Part shown: one piece after another, positions 1 through 17,707 of the stretch
How positions within the stretch are numbered: position 1 is the first letter of the stretch
Layout: each line of letters starts with the position of its first letter
Assembly: GCA_048013815.1 (NCBI GenBank)
Contig: CM106585.1
Span: 14,074,001-14,138,000, forward strand
Origin: Setoptus koraiensis
Taxonomy: Eukaryota > Animalia > Arthropoda
Reading direction: 5' to 3'
DNA: 64,000 nucleotides
Translations under genes and position numbers: made by a program
The notes under the pieces: generated by a model
What the model saw: the letters and a program-made list of their open reading frames with translations, nothing else
What the model was told of the DNA's origin: nothing
Databases searched by the model: none

Positions 1-3000
1 GTAACTGACTGGCTGGTTGAGCAACGTATTGTGTGACCATTGGACGGCCCACAGCTCTGATTGTCGTTGCCGCTTTGAGTGTCAGTTGATTCATTATTTG
101 GGGCACCTTCTAAGTGCACCAAAAACTGTTGATGTGAGTGGTGACAAATTCAAATTGAAATTGATTTGAATTCACAATTGACGCCAGCAAATGCAAACGG
201 TACAATTGGCGGTCTCTGGGCCCCAGAGGCCGGGACGCAGTTCTGGCAGTGTGTTATGGTAGAAAGGCATCCCATTGAAAAGGCCGAAGCCCAAATGTAT
301 TTGCTGCCCAAAACAGTGTGTGGCGAATGTACCATTTGAAACATTAGGCGCCGTTAGAGTTAAGTCAGTCAAATTGAGCGCGTTGTTACGGCAAAACTAT
401 TACGTGCAATTGGCACCATAGCCAAGCAGTTCTGGCATGGTGTCGACAGGTAACACTTTGCTGCGAATGTGTCAGAAAACGCATTTTGTGAGGCATCTTT
501 CGCTCGGCGTCACTCGACTTAACTGGGCAAACGGGGCAAAAATAGCAGACATGCTTGCAGCAGTTTTAAGTAAATTGCATCTGGCAAGTATTAACTCGAA
601 CTGACTTGGGGCGCTTGAAGTGCAACCATCATGGCCACGAACAACAAATGGCGCAACGTCAAATAGTGAACTGATCGGACTACAAATGGATAACAAAACA
701 CAACCAGACAGACGAGACGATTTGAAACGATAGCGGGACGTACAACGTGTGTTGTTAGATATGGTGATGGCGATATCTCACATGAGCCAAAAGAATAAAT
801 CATTGCTAGCTGAGGCCAGTAGTTAAGCTTCCACTGGTAGTAATGGCATCCATAAATAGCTGAGATGGCGAAAGATGGATGCAAATTAGATGGCGAGAGA
901 GCTGCTGGTGCCCATTGTGCTCTTATGATAAGAGTCTTATCGCCCATATTAAATATTGAGGCGCGTTGCAAAATTGAATCAATTTGATGCGATGCTCTCT
1001 CTCTGGTCAGTGGACCCATTTGATGCAACGGCCCCTCTCAGAGCCTTCGTGCCAATTTCACGTGATGCACCCAAGCCGGGCGGGTATCAGAAACAACGTT
1101 GGTGTGCCAAGTGTTGTTGTGGTCAAACAGGCAACACTTTATCAAGTTTAAACACTCTATTTGCATTGCAGTATGCAGATTATGTACTGCACAAACTGTC
1201 TAAATCTGTATCTAGTGAAAGGAGAGATTATAAAGATTACAAACTGTTTTATCAACTGTCTGCGTGTCTATTGTGGCCAGTTGTAAAGCATAAAGTGTTA
1301 GCGGGACTGCACATTGTACATCCGAAGCTGTGCCGGGGTATTACCTGGGGTCAAGATTACTGGCTTTTTGTGTATTGATATAAATTGATAAATCCAGGTG
1401 AGTGAGAGCTGTGAGAGCAACAATTCAGACAGTTGAGCCAAGTCTGTTGCAAACTGCACAACTGGCGCCACCATTAAGCAAGCGAGGAATTAAGCAGATA
1501 CAGGCGATAGTGTGGATTGGATAGTGTGAATATATATTTGAAGCGGGTTCCGTCGAGTCGGCTTTGTCGGCTTGTGTGGCCTTCCGGACTGGTGAAGCTG
1601 GAGTTAAAGCAATCGAGGGCTTGATCATTTATATCATTTCATCAAGTTGCTGCTGGCAATTTCTTGCTTTACTTCACTTGAGCAGTTGTTGTGTGGGCCG
1701 AGTGCGATGAGTGAAATGAGGCGAGTTCCGACGAGTCCGATGAAAGCGCCACTAACCTTGATAGTGTGTTATGTCGGCAATAAGGAAATAAAGTATAGAT
1801 AAGTGAAGCCAGCACCACTCAACGGTACCCTCGACAATACCCTCAATGCTACCGGGCCCAAGAGGACCAATGCGACAATAACAGCCGCACCAGCGACAAC
1901 AATCGACAGTTTGTGATAGATCTAGGTAAAATGGCAAGATAGTGCCAGACAGCGAGCGAGACAGAGAACTGTCGAGAGGCGTGTGCATAAAGGAGGAGGA
2001 GGAGAGAAGGGGTCTCTTAATAGTGGTTGTAGTGTTCAAGTTGAATTGCAAGTTACGTAATGGTGTCTAATAGTTGATAGTGGCATCAGTGGTAATGATA
2101 AAGGCATCGGAAAGGGGCCAAACTCACGTTCGCGCCCAACAGCCAAATAGCATCCACTGTCTGGGGCCCATCAGCAGGGGCACCAGCGTTGGCTGGCTGG
2201 CTGGCAGTCGGTTCAGCTGTGCCTCACAATATCCAGTGACGATCGTGTAAGTTTTTGCGCTAGCTTTCACTCTCGATCTGGCTCAACGCTCGCCGCGCTT
2301 GCAGGCCAGATCGAGAGGCCGCTTGGCATTCACTGCTAACTGAATAGTTGTTAGCTGAATGGTAATGGTAGCTACTAGACGAGGTGCCAGCGAAAATAGT
2401 CAGTGCAAAATAGTAGTAAGGCGGGGGGGGGGCGACTACTGTCGCTGCCGCCATCCACCAAAAATACCAACAACGGTGCGGGCCCCATTGTGTGTACTTA
2501 TACGCGTATCTGTATTTATGCTGGCCCGTGATGCTTGTTCCCCTGATATGTGTGTGTGCTGCGGCCCAAACAGGATGACAGGGTATAAATACTGACAATA
2601 CAAACACGCGGATATGTCGTGTTGTGTCGTGTGGCGATATAAGCGAACTAAACGGTGCGCGCCGGGCTCTAGCTCGCCCAAAACGGATCGCTTATATCTG
2701 GCGACATTATGAGGCGGCCGAGACTTAGCTCGACTTACTCTATTTATTATTATTACTACTATCAGTGGCATTAGAATTGAACAAGCAGCGCCGCGGCTGG
2801 ATTATTTGGGGCCCCCAGCCTGTGGGCTGCCGACAGCTAGGCGTTACATAAATACCGCTAGTCGCACTCATTTGTTAGAGACAAAGTGAAATGAAATGCA
2901 CTGTCGTTGTCGTTGTCGTCGTCGCCAGCGCCTAAGTCGCCCGATTGTCGGCCGGCTCACCGCCCGCGATTCGCGGGCGATCTTTTCTTTTCTGGGCGCT

Positions 3001-3085
3001 ATCTCGGCGCTGCCTGGCCGCCGTCTTCCTGTGGCCAAGCGGGCCTCTGACCGGCGCAACGTGAACTTGACCATCTCCCGGCTAG

Positions 3086-3176
3086 CGGCCAACAGCGCTG
3101 CCCGAAACGACCTGCCGAGGTCCCGGCCAACGGCGCTGCCCGAAACGACCTGGCGGGGCCGCTGGCTAACGGCGCT
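3086..3176. repeat. GC-rich 38-bp tandem repeat, ~2.5 copies
   Basis: cggccaac(a/g)gcgctgcccgaaacgacctg starts at 3086 and 3124, followed by a partial degenerate third copy. Confidence 0.8.
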
Positions 3177-5428
3177 GGCAAAAGCTACATCTATCATATT
3201 TGTTACCATCATCGCCAATCGTAATAGCTATGGCAATAGTACTTAAATTGCCATCAATAGCGGGCGCCCCCAACATTAAATAAGGGCACGCGAAGGGGTC
3301 ATTGCGCACACAATAGACAGGAGCAAAGATTCCTGCCATTTGGCCGACATTCGCCCGGTTCGGGCGCTTCTTATTACCGCTCGCTCGCTCGCTTTGCCCG
3401 TCTCACTGGCTGGCTGACTGGCTGGCTGGCTGGCAATTCCTTCTTTTTCGCCGCGTCGCCATTCTTTCCATTCTTCTTCATATTCTTTGACGTGTTTGTG
3501 TATACGTGTGCTCGTGGGGCCCACGTTGTTGGCAGCCGAGCAACCAACAAACAAATGGCCAGTAGACAGCCGACACGATTTGCCGCCACCGAGGCACAAT
3601 ATAATCAGCCGGCGGGCGCCCACCCCCTTTGCCGAGCGCCCGAGCGCCCCAGTCGCCCGAACCGAAACGAAACGGGCGCCCAAGTGAGCCGATGCAAGCC
3701 GATGCGAACCAATGTGAACCGAATTGGGCCCAACTGGGGCCCAATCCGGCCCACATTGGCCGATTGGGGCCCATTGCGCGCTGCGGCTCTCAAGTCTCGC
3801 TCGTGCGCTCGTGTCCAATGCTAGGCTGTTGCTTATGCAACAAACAAACATAACAACGTGATGTCGCTGCTGCTGTTAGGCCGTGTCACCATTACGTAAC
3901 TTTGAGGCTCCGTTGTGGGGCCCTCGGTATTGTGCATTTCGGCACAGTGTTGTGAGCTAGTGAAAGCCAATTGTGTGCGTACTTCATGCCAGTTGTTTGC
4001 TGCTCGGCGCAGCGCAATTACAGGCACAAGCACGCACCACTGGCACAAGCACACACACACGCACACAGTCAGTGGGTCTGGCACGAATCGGGGGAGGCCA
4101 GCCAGCCAGCCAGCAGCGCTGATTGGGGCACCGCAACTTTTGGCCCCTCGCTGCTGCTGCTGCTGCACCATCGCTCCCGCGAGCACCACATTTGCTTGCA
4201 CCGCCATTCCTTGCTTCACCATAACACACTGCTGCCATTTCACTGGTGCATGCAGCAGCACTGTTACGAGGCCCCTGTATTGCGCGCCGCGCACCAGTGT
4301 TATAAGCGGCAACCAACGGCACCAAATGGAGCCGCTGCACCAACGCACCATTGAATCGGAGGCATTGGCCGCGGCTGCTGCTCCGGCGCTCTGGCGGACG
4401 TTATTCATAGCTCACATTGTCAGCTAATCTCTTTTTGGGCAGCGCACAAAAACGTTACATAAAAGCCTGGCGCCTCATGTGCGCCCTCTTTACCTATCCA
4501 ACTATATCACACAAACACACATACACACACACACTCACAAATAGTGGAATAAATTTATTATTATTACCATTATTTCATACACAGTACACACAATATATCA
4601 CACACTTAGTCAGTAATCAATTATATGAATTGATGATATAATATCAATACTAAATACAACAGCAACAACAAATATTTATTGCATCTCATCACGTATAGAT
4701 CCCTCTATTCACCGGCGGATCTATTGCACGAGCAAGAGCGCATACAAACACGCACGCACACACACATTTGGGGGCCCCATTTGATTTATACAGTTGGACA
4801 ATTGCAGTTTGAAGCTTGCAGCAACCGTCGTGCATTTACATTTACACCAACAACGGCATTCAATCTCTTTAAATCATCATGATCTACAACTAACCAACTG
4901 TGTTTGTGCTGCCATCCTGTGCCCGCCAGGTTGTTTTGGGCCCCAATTCTAAACGACACCAATAACAACCGATATTCACACAAGCAGCACAAGTCAGTAT
5001 TGGGCCAAATTTATCTCTGGATTCATTGAGTTATTGCTAGCACACAAGCACGCACATACACAGGATGCCACTATCTGGCAATTGGCTCTGAATAATAATA
5101 ATATTCAAGACAAGAGAATTACTACTTGCATTATTATTCATTCATTGGAATAATTGCTCAAATTACGCCTGGCACAACGGAGCAACAATATTATCATTAT
5201 TGTTCAACAACATTCACGACATCGGTCTGGTCCTCTCGCGAACAACAAACTTCCAGCTCACACTTTGGTCTAGATACGACACACACACACACACATTGTA
5301 ATTATGACCACATCCATGTGTCTACTTATTGGGGATCATTTAGTTATAATTAATCCAGTCTAATCGTACACTGTCGTACTTGTCTTCCTGACGCCTGTCC
5401 CGCTCAGGAGGCTAAGGTTCGGCCGGCC

Positions 5429-6854
5429 ATGTTTTGGCTCAGTTGCAAATGGAACAACTCAAGCCCACAACACCAGTCTGTTGTCAGCAAATGGAGCAGT
5501 AGTAGAAAACAATTCACATTTATTATTTGCAGTTTTTTGATTATTTTACTAAATATGATTTACATCAGGCCTGTCGAAGCGGACACCAACAAGCTTTGTA
5601 AGTATCTCATAAATATCCAACTGTTTTGCGAAACACTCATACCCAACCTGCAATAACTAACTCCTTGTACAATTTCGCTGAAACTATCTCTCTATAACAG
5701 TTCACATAGCAACCCTATGCACGGGCAAGTCCATTTTTCCAGTGTTTAAGAAGATCGAGGGCGCCGTTTTGACATCGGATGCCGAATCCAATATCAACTG
5801 CACAATCACCTTTCAAACAGACACCGTGGTACAACACTTCATGCTCAGATTTGAGAATCTTAGATTAGGCTGCGGAGATCACCTGTACATTTATGATGGC
5901 GCTCATGATTATGGTCGCAACGACAATTTCCAAGATATGTCGTGCAGAAATAATCTTGCCAATGCTAAAATTATTACAACAAGAGGCAACTATGTAACGT
6001 TGAGATATTCGGCAGATAAAATTAGCAATCTCGGTGATGGTTTCAGGGTTGTTATAACGGCAGTGAAAAGTTACCACGAATGCCCATCCGATGCCAGGTG
6101 CCTAAATCAATTGTGCATTTCACAAGATCTATTGTGCGATGGTATTGATCATTGCGGGGACAATAGCGATGAAACAAGCCACTCAAATTGTGTAAATCCA
6201 GATGACCTTCAGACTATATTTTCATTCAATCATTTTACAACACAAACTTATTTATATCTATTATTAGCCACAATATTTTTAATTTTTCTAATCTGTGTTA
6301 TAGTGATAGCTATACACTTATTTAGGCGCGAAAATCATTATGCCAATTATCAGCATCATCTACAAAGAATGGTACCTCTACAGACCTCGTCGTCATTGAT
6401 GCTGAATCAACATCAGATATTACAAACATCGTCCCCATATATTTCAGCCAATTGTACACCGCAGCATATACCTCGTGAACATTATAGTACTTTGCCTATT
6501 CACTTTGACAGGTTTCGGCAACAGCAGCAACATCAACAACAACAACTATTACAACAGCAATCGCCGGAGAGGCGATTATTTAATGGGAATAATGCAACGT
6601 CACATTTCACTATTGGTGCGCCTATTGGAACAGCCAATCAAATAGGCACTCCATTGCATGCAACCAGTAATTATCCAGTTGTTAGCAGTGGCGGAGATCA
6701 ATCAGGTGGTGATCAGACTGTTAAGCAGCCCCCACCATATAATCTAGTTTTTATTGGTCCATCTCCAGCACCAATTCATCAACATCAAACAGTACTTACA
6801 GATGCTAGTGGAGGCAGTCATCTGCTGCTTACAACACCAGGCGCTCCCATTTGA
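5429..6854 (+). CDS. CUB + LDL-receptor class A domain single-pass membrane protein (Culd/MIG-13-like architecture), 440 aa
   Basis: Exons 5429-5597 and 5701-6854; intron GTAAGT...AACAG keeps the frame (KLF|HIATLC). Contains a hydrophobic signal segment, a CUB-like region (CTITF...FMLRFENLRLGCGDHLYIYDG...GNYVTLRY...GFRVVITA), LDLa (CPSDARCLNQLCISQDLLCDGIDHCGDNSDE), a TM helix and a Q/P-rich tail with PPPY. Confidence 0.85.
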
Positions 6855-9136
6855 TGTTGATGCAAATATATCATCGTCGTTCGAATCGTCCATATTTACC
6901 CATAAGATACTGCTCTCTGGAAATAGGAGTTGCTTATTTTTGTTGTTTATTTTTGTTGTTTACTGATGTATTCTGTTTCTGTTGTTATTGTTGTTAAATT
7001 ATCACTGTGTTAAACATTCTGATGAGTATACTATCTAATATCTAGCATACTATCAACTCTAACTAGACTTGTCACAAAACAGCAATTATGATAGCACTCA
7101 CGTCACATACACACACACAGTTACAAATACATACGTATGCCCTCCTAAGACAATTTTTTCTACACTCAATTCCATTATTTATTTACTACAAAGATATTAA
7201 AGATTGACTTGAACAATATAAAGACTATTCGTGCCATAATAGACATCTCTAAACCCTTACTTGTTATTGTTTGTTTATGCTCACTATCCGACCAAAAAGA
7301 TGTTATCAAACATGAGATTGATTGCGTGATTAGAATCGAACGTTTCTTGAGTGAATCAATTTCTAAAGATGCTCAGATAATAAGATACAAGTGTTAGGCC
7401 CTCGCCGCCCGCAGGGCTCGAAACATGCTAGCAACAATGGCTGAACGACCACACGGTACTTTTCGTAACCACAAGAGGACTTTGGTGTCCATGTTGAAAT
7501 CATGTGTCATGGTGAAAGGTGGCGCCTAGACGGAAATGACCACAAGGTACCTGAGTGTACCCGCAAACAATTCTACCGTGAAACAATTATTTTACGGCCT
7601 TCTATCTTGCACTTGGTTCGGTCGAGTAACCTAATCAGCGTTGGGGACACTTTCCAAAGAGTTTCGACTTCTTCCGGCTTTACCCACAAGTTGTTATGGC
7701 TGTAGCCTTGTAAGGTAGCCTCTCAGCAAGTGAACTCTCTCTAGTTATCCATGTCTCACGCCAGGCGTAAGTAGGGGGCACTGAATTAGTAGGTTGTTTC
7801 GCAAGATATGAGATTGAGTATTTTCTGGCGCACGATTTCTTGAAAATTCACAAGCGAAATGTAGTCTGTGCTGGGACTTTTGTTCGATCTCTCTGTCACT
7901 TCTTTTCTATCCGAAATTCAATTGAAAGAGGGTGAAAAAGAGTATCGAAGTTGCATAAAATACCCATTTTAAAAAGGCAAAACAACAACAGAAATGGTAT
8001 AAGAACTGATAAATACTTGTGGAAGCGATGAATCAAAAGCAACGGTGAATACCTTGTAAAGAGCCAAATTTCGTTTGAATCGAAGATATCAAGAAAATCT
8101 CATTACTTACGCAACACCCTAATATGAAAGCCGCATGTTACTTTGAAATATATATTATAATATATTCAATTACGCCCGATAAAGAACGCCCGGGTGTCGC
8201 AAGAAAACGTTTTATTGGACACAATTTAGAGCATTATTATTCACTATAGTTTCTCTTTGTTTTCGATCTACTAATTTATATTAAATAGAATGATTTGCTT
8301 ATGTAACGATTGCCAATACATAATGGCGGCCTTTGCAATATAGAGCAGTATAGTTGCAATAGAGATGAGAGCGGAATTAAACCAATCTTGCTACTACGCT
8401 AGTCACATAGTATAGAGGCGTTTGTGTGACACAATCATCTAGATCAAAACAAGCAGATAAGAGTGAGTTATATATTGAGAGCAAGGAAACAGATTTTGAA
8501 AATCCTTGAGGCTCAGTAACTCTCTCTTTCACTTTTATTTAGTCTTCAATATGCCGATTAGATCATTTGATGACTATTGCTGCTGCTCTTGAAAGTCTTG
8601 AGGCGAATAGTAAATGCTTCTTTGCTGCTACGATTAGCTCATATCGCACCTATATTTTTTCTTGTTTTGTTTTTGTCTGTCTCTGTTTTTATTTATTATT
8701 ATTGTTATTGTAGATTAACAGAGAAAAAATAACGATCTAATTGCGTAGAACAGATTGCAATGAGTCGCTAGTTGAAAGCCAGTAGTATATAGAATTGCAC
8801 CACATTTTCACAAGCGACATAGCAACTCCCACAACAAATTTATTGCTACATAGATCTATTTGCAATATGCTAACAACAAAAACATGTGATACAGCAGTGC
8901 ACTAGCGACACATTTGATTTCATAGTGATAACATTATTCGTCTGCTGTAATATTATTATATCCATTTGTCTGTTTATTTGTATGTCTGTTTATTATTTGT
9001 CTGCTAAAAACGTCATTATCTGTTTTAGATAAAAAGATATACAGATAGGAAACATCATTTAGTATCGTGGTATGTATGTGACCGTCGTATATAACCATTT
9101 TTTCAATATCAAATAAGCAATCACTCGTCAAAAACT

Positions 9137-10219
9137 ATGGAGCCCGAACAAATATTAAAGAGCCTCCAGCAGCAGCTGAATAATGCCGGTACTACGTGCA
9201 TCGAGTATGTTTGGATCGACGGCACCACTGAGAGGCTCCGTTCGAAAACAAAAATTATCGACAAAGTTGTATCAAACGTCAAGGATGTACCCGAATGGAA
9301 TTTCGATGGATCATCAACGGGGCAAGCCCTAGAGGGAAACACAGATGTCTATCTGAAGCCAGTCGCACTTTACAGGGACCCCTTCAGAGGACCACTTGAT
9401 AGATTAGTTCTGTGTGAGACAATGCTTTTTGATCGTCAGCCTATTCCATCAAATACGAGACATAGCTGCATGGAAGCCGTTAAGCAGGCCGCCGATCAGG
9501 AGCCATGGTTTGGCATAGAGCAGGAATATTCATTGATGGATCTGGCCACCACAAGGCCATTGGGATGGCCACCCGGAGAGGGATCACCGGGAGCGCAAGG
9601 TCCGTTTTATTGTGGCGCTGAACCAGGCAAAGTATTCGGTCGTCGAGTTGTTGAGGCTCACCAGATGGCTTGCCGGCTAGCTGGGGTTAAAATATGTGGT
9701 ATCAATGCCGAGGTGATGCCTTCTCAATGGGAGTATCAAGTAGGCCCGTGCGAGGGAATCCGAATCGCTGACGATATGTGGGTATCAAGATACATTTTGT
9801 ATCGTGTTGCGGAAATTTTCCATGTCGGCGTCTCATTCGACCCAAAGATCATACCTGGAGACTGGAACGGAGCTGGAGCGCACACAAATATCTCTACGAA
9901 AGCCACCAGAAACAAAGAAAATGGTCTCAAGGCAATCCAGGAAGCGATCGAAAAGATGTCTAAGAAACATCCGGAGCACATAGCTGCATATGACCCCAAA
10001 GGGGGCGTTGACAACGCCAGACGTCTCACTGGACGTCATGAAACTGCTGATATCGACACTTTTTCGTCTGGCGTGGCCAAGAGAAATGTTAGCATTCGAA
10101 TACCTGCACAAGTCAATGTGGATGGTTATGGATATTTCGAGGATAGAAGGCCAGCTTCCAATTGCGACCCGTATACGGTTGTAGAGCGCATCGTGCGGAC
10201 AGTCTGCTTAAACCAATAG
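9137..10219 (+). CDS. GLUL: Glutamine synthetase (eukaryotic GSII), intronless, 360 aa
   Basis: Motifs EYVWIDG, PEWNFDGSST, PWFGIEQEY, NAEVMPSQWEYQVGP, DWNGAGAHTN, LTGRHET, YFEDRRPASNCDPY. Confidence 0.97.
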   Translation: MEPEQILKSLQQQLNNAGTTCIEYVWIDGTTERLRSKTKIIDKVVSNVKDVPEWNFDGSSTGQALEGNTDVYLKPVALYRDPFRGPLDRLVLCETMLFDRQPIPSNTRHSCMEAVKQAADQEPWFGIEQEYSLMDLATTRPLGWPPGEGSPGAQGPFYCGAEPGKVFGRRVVEAHQMACRLAGVKICGINAEVMPSQWEYQVGPCEGIRIADDMWVSRYILYRVAEIFHVGVSFDPKIIPGDWNGAGAHTNISTKATRNKENGLKAIQEAIEKMSKKHPEHIAAYDPKGGVDNARRLTGRHETADIDTFSSGVAKRNVSIRIPAQVNVDGYGYFEDRRPASNCDPYTVVERIVRTVCLNQ

Positions 10220-10338
10220 TTACAATAATAAGTATAATACATTGGCTCCTTAGAGATTGTAGAAGTCACCAATAAACTAATCACTGCAAATCTTATTGAT
10301 CTAGATAAATTTTTAATTACACGACTATTCAGTATATA

Positions 10339-11172
10339 TTAGGCAAATCTAGATTTTAATTGTTCTTGCATCAGGCGCTTTCGCCTTTCTGACCGTCTCA
10401 AATCTACAATGCTCTTCTCATGCTCCGACATGTCTTTCCAAATTTCGTATTGATCATCTTCTGGGATATGCTTTCTGTATGATTCCATTGTATCGTATTT
10501 CAATTTATCATGGAAACCTTTCTTAGGGTCACGGTACTTCTTGTACATATACTCAGGAATATCCTCCATTTTCTCTATTCCCTTAAAATCGTATCTTTCC
10601 CATTTGTAACCCCATGGACGAGGCTTCATTTTGACCAGCAATTTGTTAACAGGCACTTCTTTGTCGTCTTCGTGAGGAACTGCAGCCATGTTCTCTGGCA
10701 CGGTGGAGTATTCTGGTAGGGCGTCCCTCAAATAAAGAAGATGATTGTCTAGTCTTTTTTCCAATTTAAGCACCTCTATATTCCTCAATGTTGGATTATA
10801 CAAATCATATCGTATTTCAACTCCATGGCCTTCGATTACGTTGCGGAGAGCAAATGTAGCCCTCAAGCCTTGGCCCTCACGCTGTATACAAATACCGGTA
10901 AATCTGCTCACTTTTCCACTAGCATAGGGATCCGAAACTTCAACTCTTAATATAGATCCTACGTAGAACTCAGGTATCTCTATAACTGATCTTCTTTTGA
11001 GCATATCTCTTCGCTCCAGTTTCTCTCTCAACTTATTCCTGTATTTCAAGTCGCCATCGATGGAGGGTAGGAACTCTGGATATTTGAAGCGCATTTTCTG
11101 CCAATCGGGTGGTAATACTGACGTTCTATAGGATTCCCTCTTGAACATTAGGCGTCTAACTGTGGTAAACAT
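10339..11172 (-). CDS. mRpL19: Mitochondrial ribosomal protein L19, intronless CDS, 277 aa
   Basis: YPEFLP...[25 protein letters not shown]...[37 protein letters not shown]...[20 protein letters not shown] is the metazoan MRPL19 signature. Confidence 0.95.
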   Translation of the reverse strand: MFTTVRRLMFKRESYRTSVLPPDWQKMRFKYPEFLPSIDGDLKYRNKLREKLERRDMLKRRSVIEIPEFYVGSILRVEVSDPYASGKVSRFTGICIQREGQGLRATFALRNVIEGHGVEIRYDLYNPTLRNIEVLKLEKRLDNHLLYLRDALPEYSTVPENMAAVPHEDDKEVPVNKLLVKMKPRPWGYKWERYDFKGIEKMEDIPEYMYKKYRDPKKGFHDKLKYDTMESYRKHIPEDDQYEIWKDMSEHEKSIVDLRRSERRKRLMQEQLKSRFA

Positions 11173-11266
11173 GATTGCTCGACAATTGTTAATATCGATC
11201 TAACAATGAGATCCCAAAAGTTTTAATTAGAATAAGAAGCCGGACCACATGATTCTCACGCGAGAG

Positions 11267-12158
11267 CCTCTCGATCATTCAGCACATGAGCATGCGTTTC
11301 TGTTTATTTACAGTTCGTCTTTTTAAGCAGACTAAGCCGTTGTAGTTCCTGAACTGCTCGCAAAAAGGCGCTGATTTTCCTCAATTGATCAGACCACAGG
11401 TCATCTGTGGCAGCTAACTACTCACCTCGGAGAAATTAGCTCCCCCTCTTGATCCTTTAAGCAACTAATTATAACTTGATTTGGCTTCAAAAAAGACACG
11501 CCGTATTTTTTAGCCCATCATGTGATTTTTTATTTTGCGTTAATATTTAAATGACGAAACCTCTCTGAACCGCTATATTCATGTTTGAGAGATCTAGTAA
11601 AATGTATTAATTTCACACACGATGATATTTTGACATTCAATGTTTCAAATATGATGAAGAAAAAGAAAGAGAATACTTACATTCCACCACCCAGGAGTGG
11701 AGCCTACGCCATATTGGTTGCATTGTACAAAGCCGAGACAAACGAACATTTATCCCATTTAAATAAGCAACAACTTCAGGATTATGCTCAAAATTATTGT
11801 AGCTCGTCTATGACGAAATGTAAACCTAACTCTTTTTACACCGCATGGTCCTCTATTAAGACGCTCATAGACAAAGGACTTGTTGATAGACAAATTTCAA
11901 AAAATTCTGTTTATTCTCTGACGCATCAAGGGAGAGATTTGGCAAAGAAACTTGTCGAATTCCAGGAGGGTCCCTCTAATGAAGCCAACAAAGCCAAGCC
12001 AGCATGCTCCTCAGACAATAGACAGACTGAATCTTGTGATCCTTCATCATCAAATTCGCGATATGGTTACCTCGATCAAATGTACAGGCAACGAGCCAAT
12101 TTGCCTGTTGAAGACGACAGCAGTGACGCTGCTTATATCTCCGAAAGCTCACATCCAC
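11267..12158 (+). other. Duplicate copy of the MUS81 promoter and 5' CDS (ATG 11651), truncated by the N gap; probable assembly overlap artefact
   Basis: Matches 17323-18215 except for one T indel seen in a T-run (gcgtttc vs gcgttttc). Ends exactly at the gap. Confidence 0.85.
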
Positions 12159-12658
12159 NNNNNNNNNNNNNNNNNNNNNNNNNNNNNNNNNNNNNNNNNN
12201 NNNNNNNNNNNNNNNNNNNNNNNNNNNNNNNNNNNNNNNNNNNNNNNNNNNNNNNNNNNNNNNNNNNNNNNNNNNNNNNNNNNNNNNNNNNNNNNNNNNN
12301 NNNNNNNNNNNNNNNNNNNNNNNNNNNNNNNNNNNNNNNNNNNNNNNNNNNNNNNNNNNNNNNNNNNNNNNNNNNNNNNNNNNNNNNNNNNNNNNNNNNN
12401 NNNNNNNNNNNNNNNNNNNNNNNNNNNNNNNNNNNNNNNNNNNNNNNNNNNNNNNNNNNNNNNNNNNNNNNNNNNNNNNNNNNNNNNNNNNNNNNNNNNN
12501 NNNNNNNNNNNNNNNNNNNNNNNNNNNNNNNNNNNNNNNNNNNNNNNNNNNNNNNNNNNNNNNNNNNNNNNNNNNNNNNNNNNNNNNNNNNNNNNNNNNN
12601 NNNNNNNNNNNNNNNNNNNNNNNNNNNNNNNNNNNNNNNNNNNNNNNNNNNNNNNNNN
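12159..12658. other. Scaffold gap, 500 N
   Basis: Run of exactly 500 N. Confidence 0.99.
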
Positions 12659-17326
<4,668 letters not shown>

Positions 17327-17707
17327 TCGATCATTCAGCACATGAGCATGCGTTTTCTGTTTATTTACAGTTCGTCTTTTTAAGCAGACTAAGCCGTTGT
17401 AGTTCCTGAACTGCTCGCAAAAAGGCGCTGATTTTCCTCAATTGATCAGACCACAGGTCATCTGTGGCAGCTAACTACTCACCTCGGAGAAATTAGCTCC
17501 CCCTCTTGATCCTTTAAGCAACTAATTATAACTTGATTTGGCTTCAAAAAAGACACGCCGTATTTTTTAGCCCATCATGTGATTTTTTATTTTGCGTTAA
17601 TATTTAAATGACGAAACCTCTCTGAACCGCTATATTCATGTTTGAGAGATCTAGTAAAATGTATTAATTTCACACACGATGATATTTTGACATTCAATGT
17701 TTCAAAT

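Noticed and set aside
1705-1750. Hammerhead-like words (GATGAG...GAAA)
   Set aside because: No CTGANGA core with a flanking stem II.
2868-4427. Many overlapping 100-190 aa ORFs on both strands
   Set aside because: GC-rich, repeat-laden sequence depletes stop codons in all frames; no family motifs.
7402-7450. tRNA/mascRNA-like T-loop TTCGAGCCC on the minus strand
   Set aside because: T-stem is imperfect and there is no room for D and anticodon arms.
7745-7775. Minus-strand TACTTACGCCTGGCG resembling the U1 snRNA 5' end
   Set aside because: Two-nt insertion in the splice-site-pairing region and no GATCACGAAG loop I; more simply the complement of a GTAAGT donor.
11385-11415. U5-like GCCTTTT loop and ccacag/ctgtgg hairpin between mRpL19 and MUS81
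   Set aside because: Loop differs from the invariant GCCTTTTAC and the closing stem does not form; probably UTR/promoter sequence.
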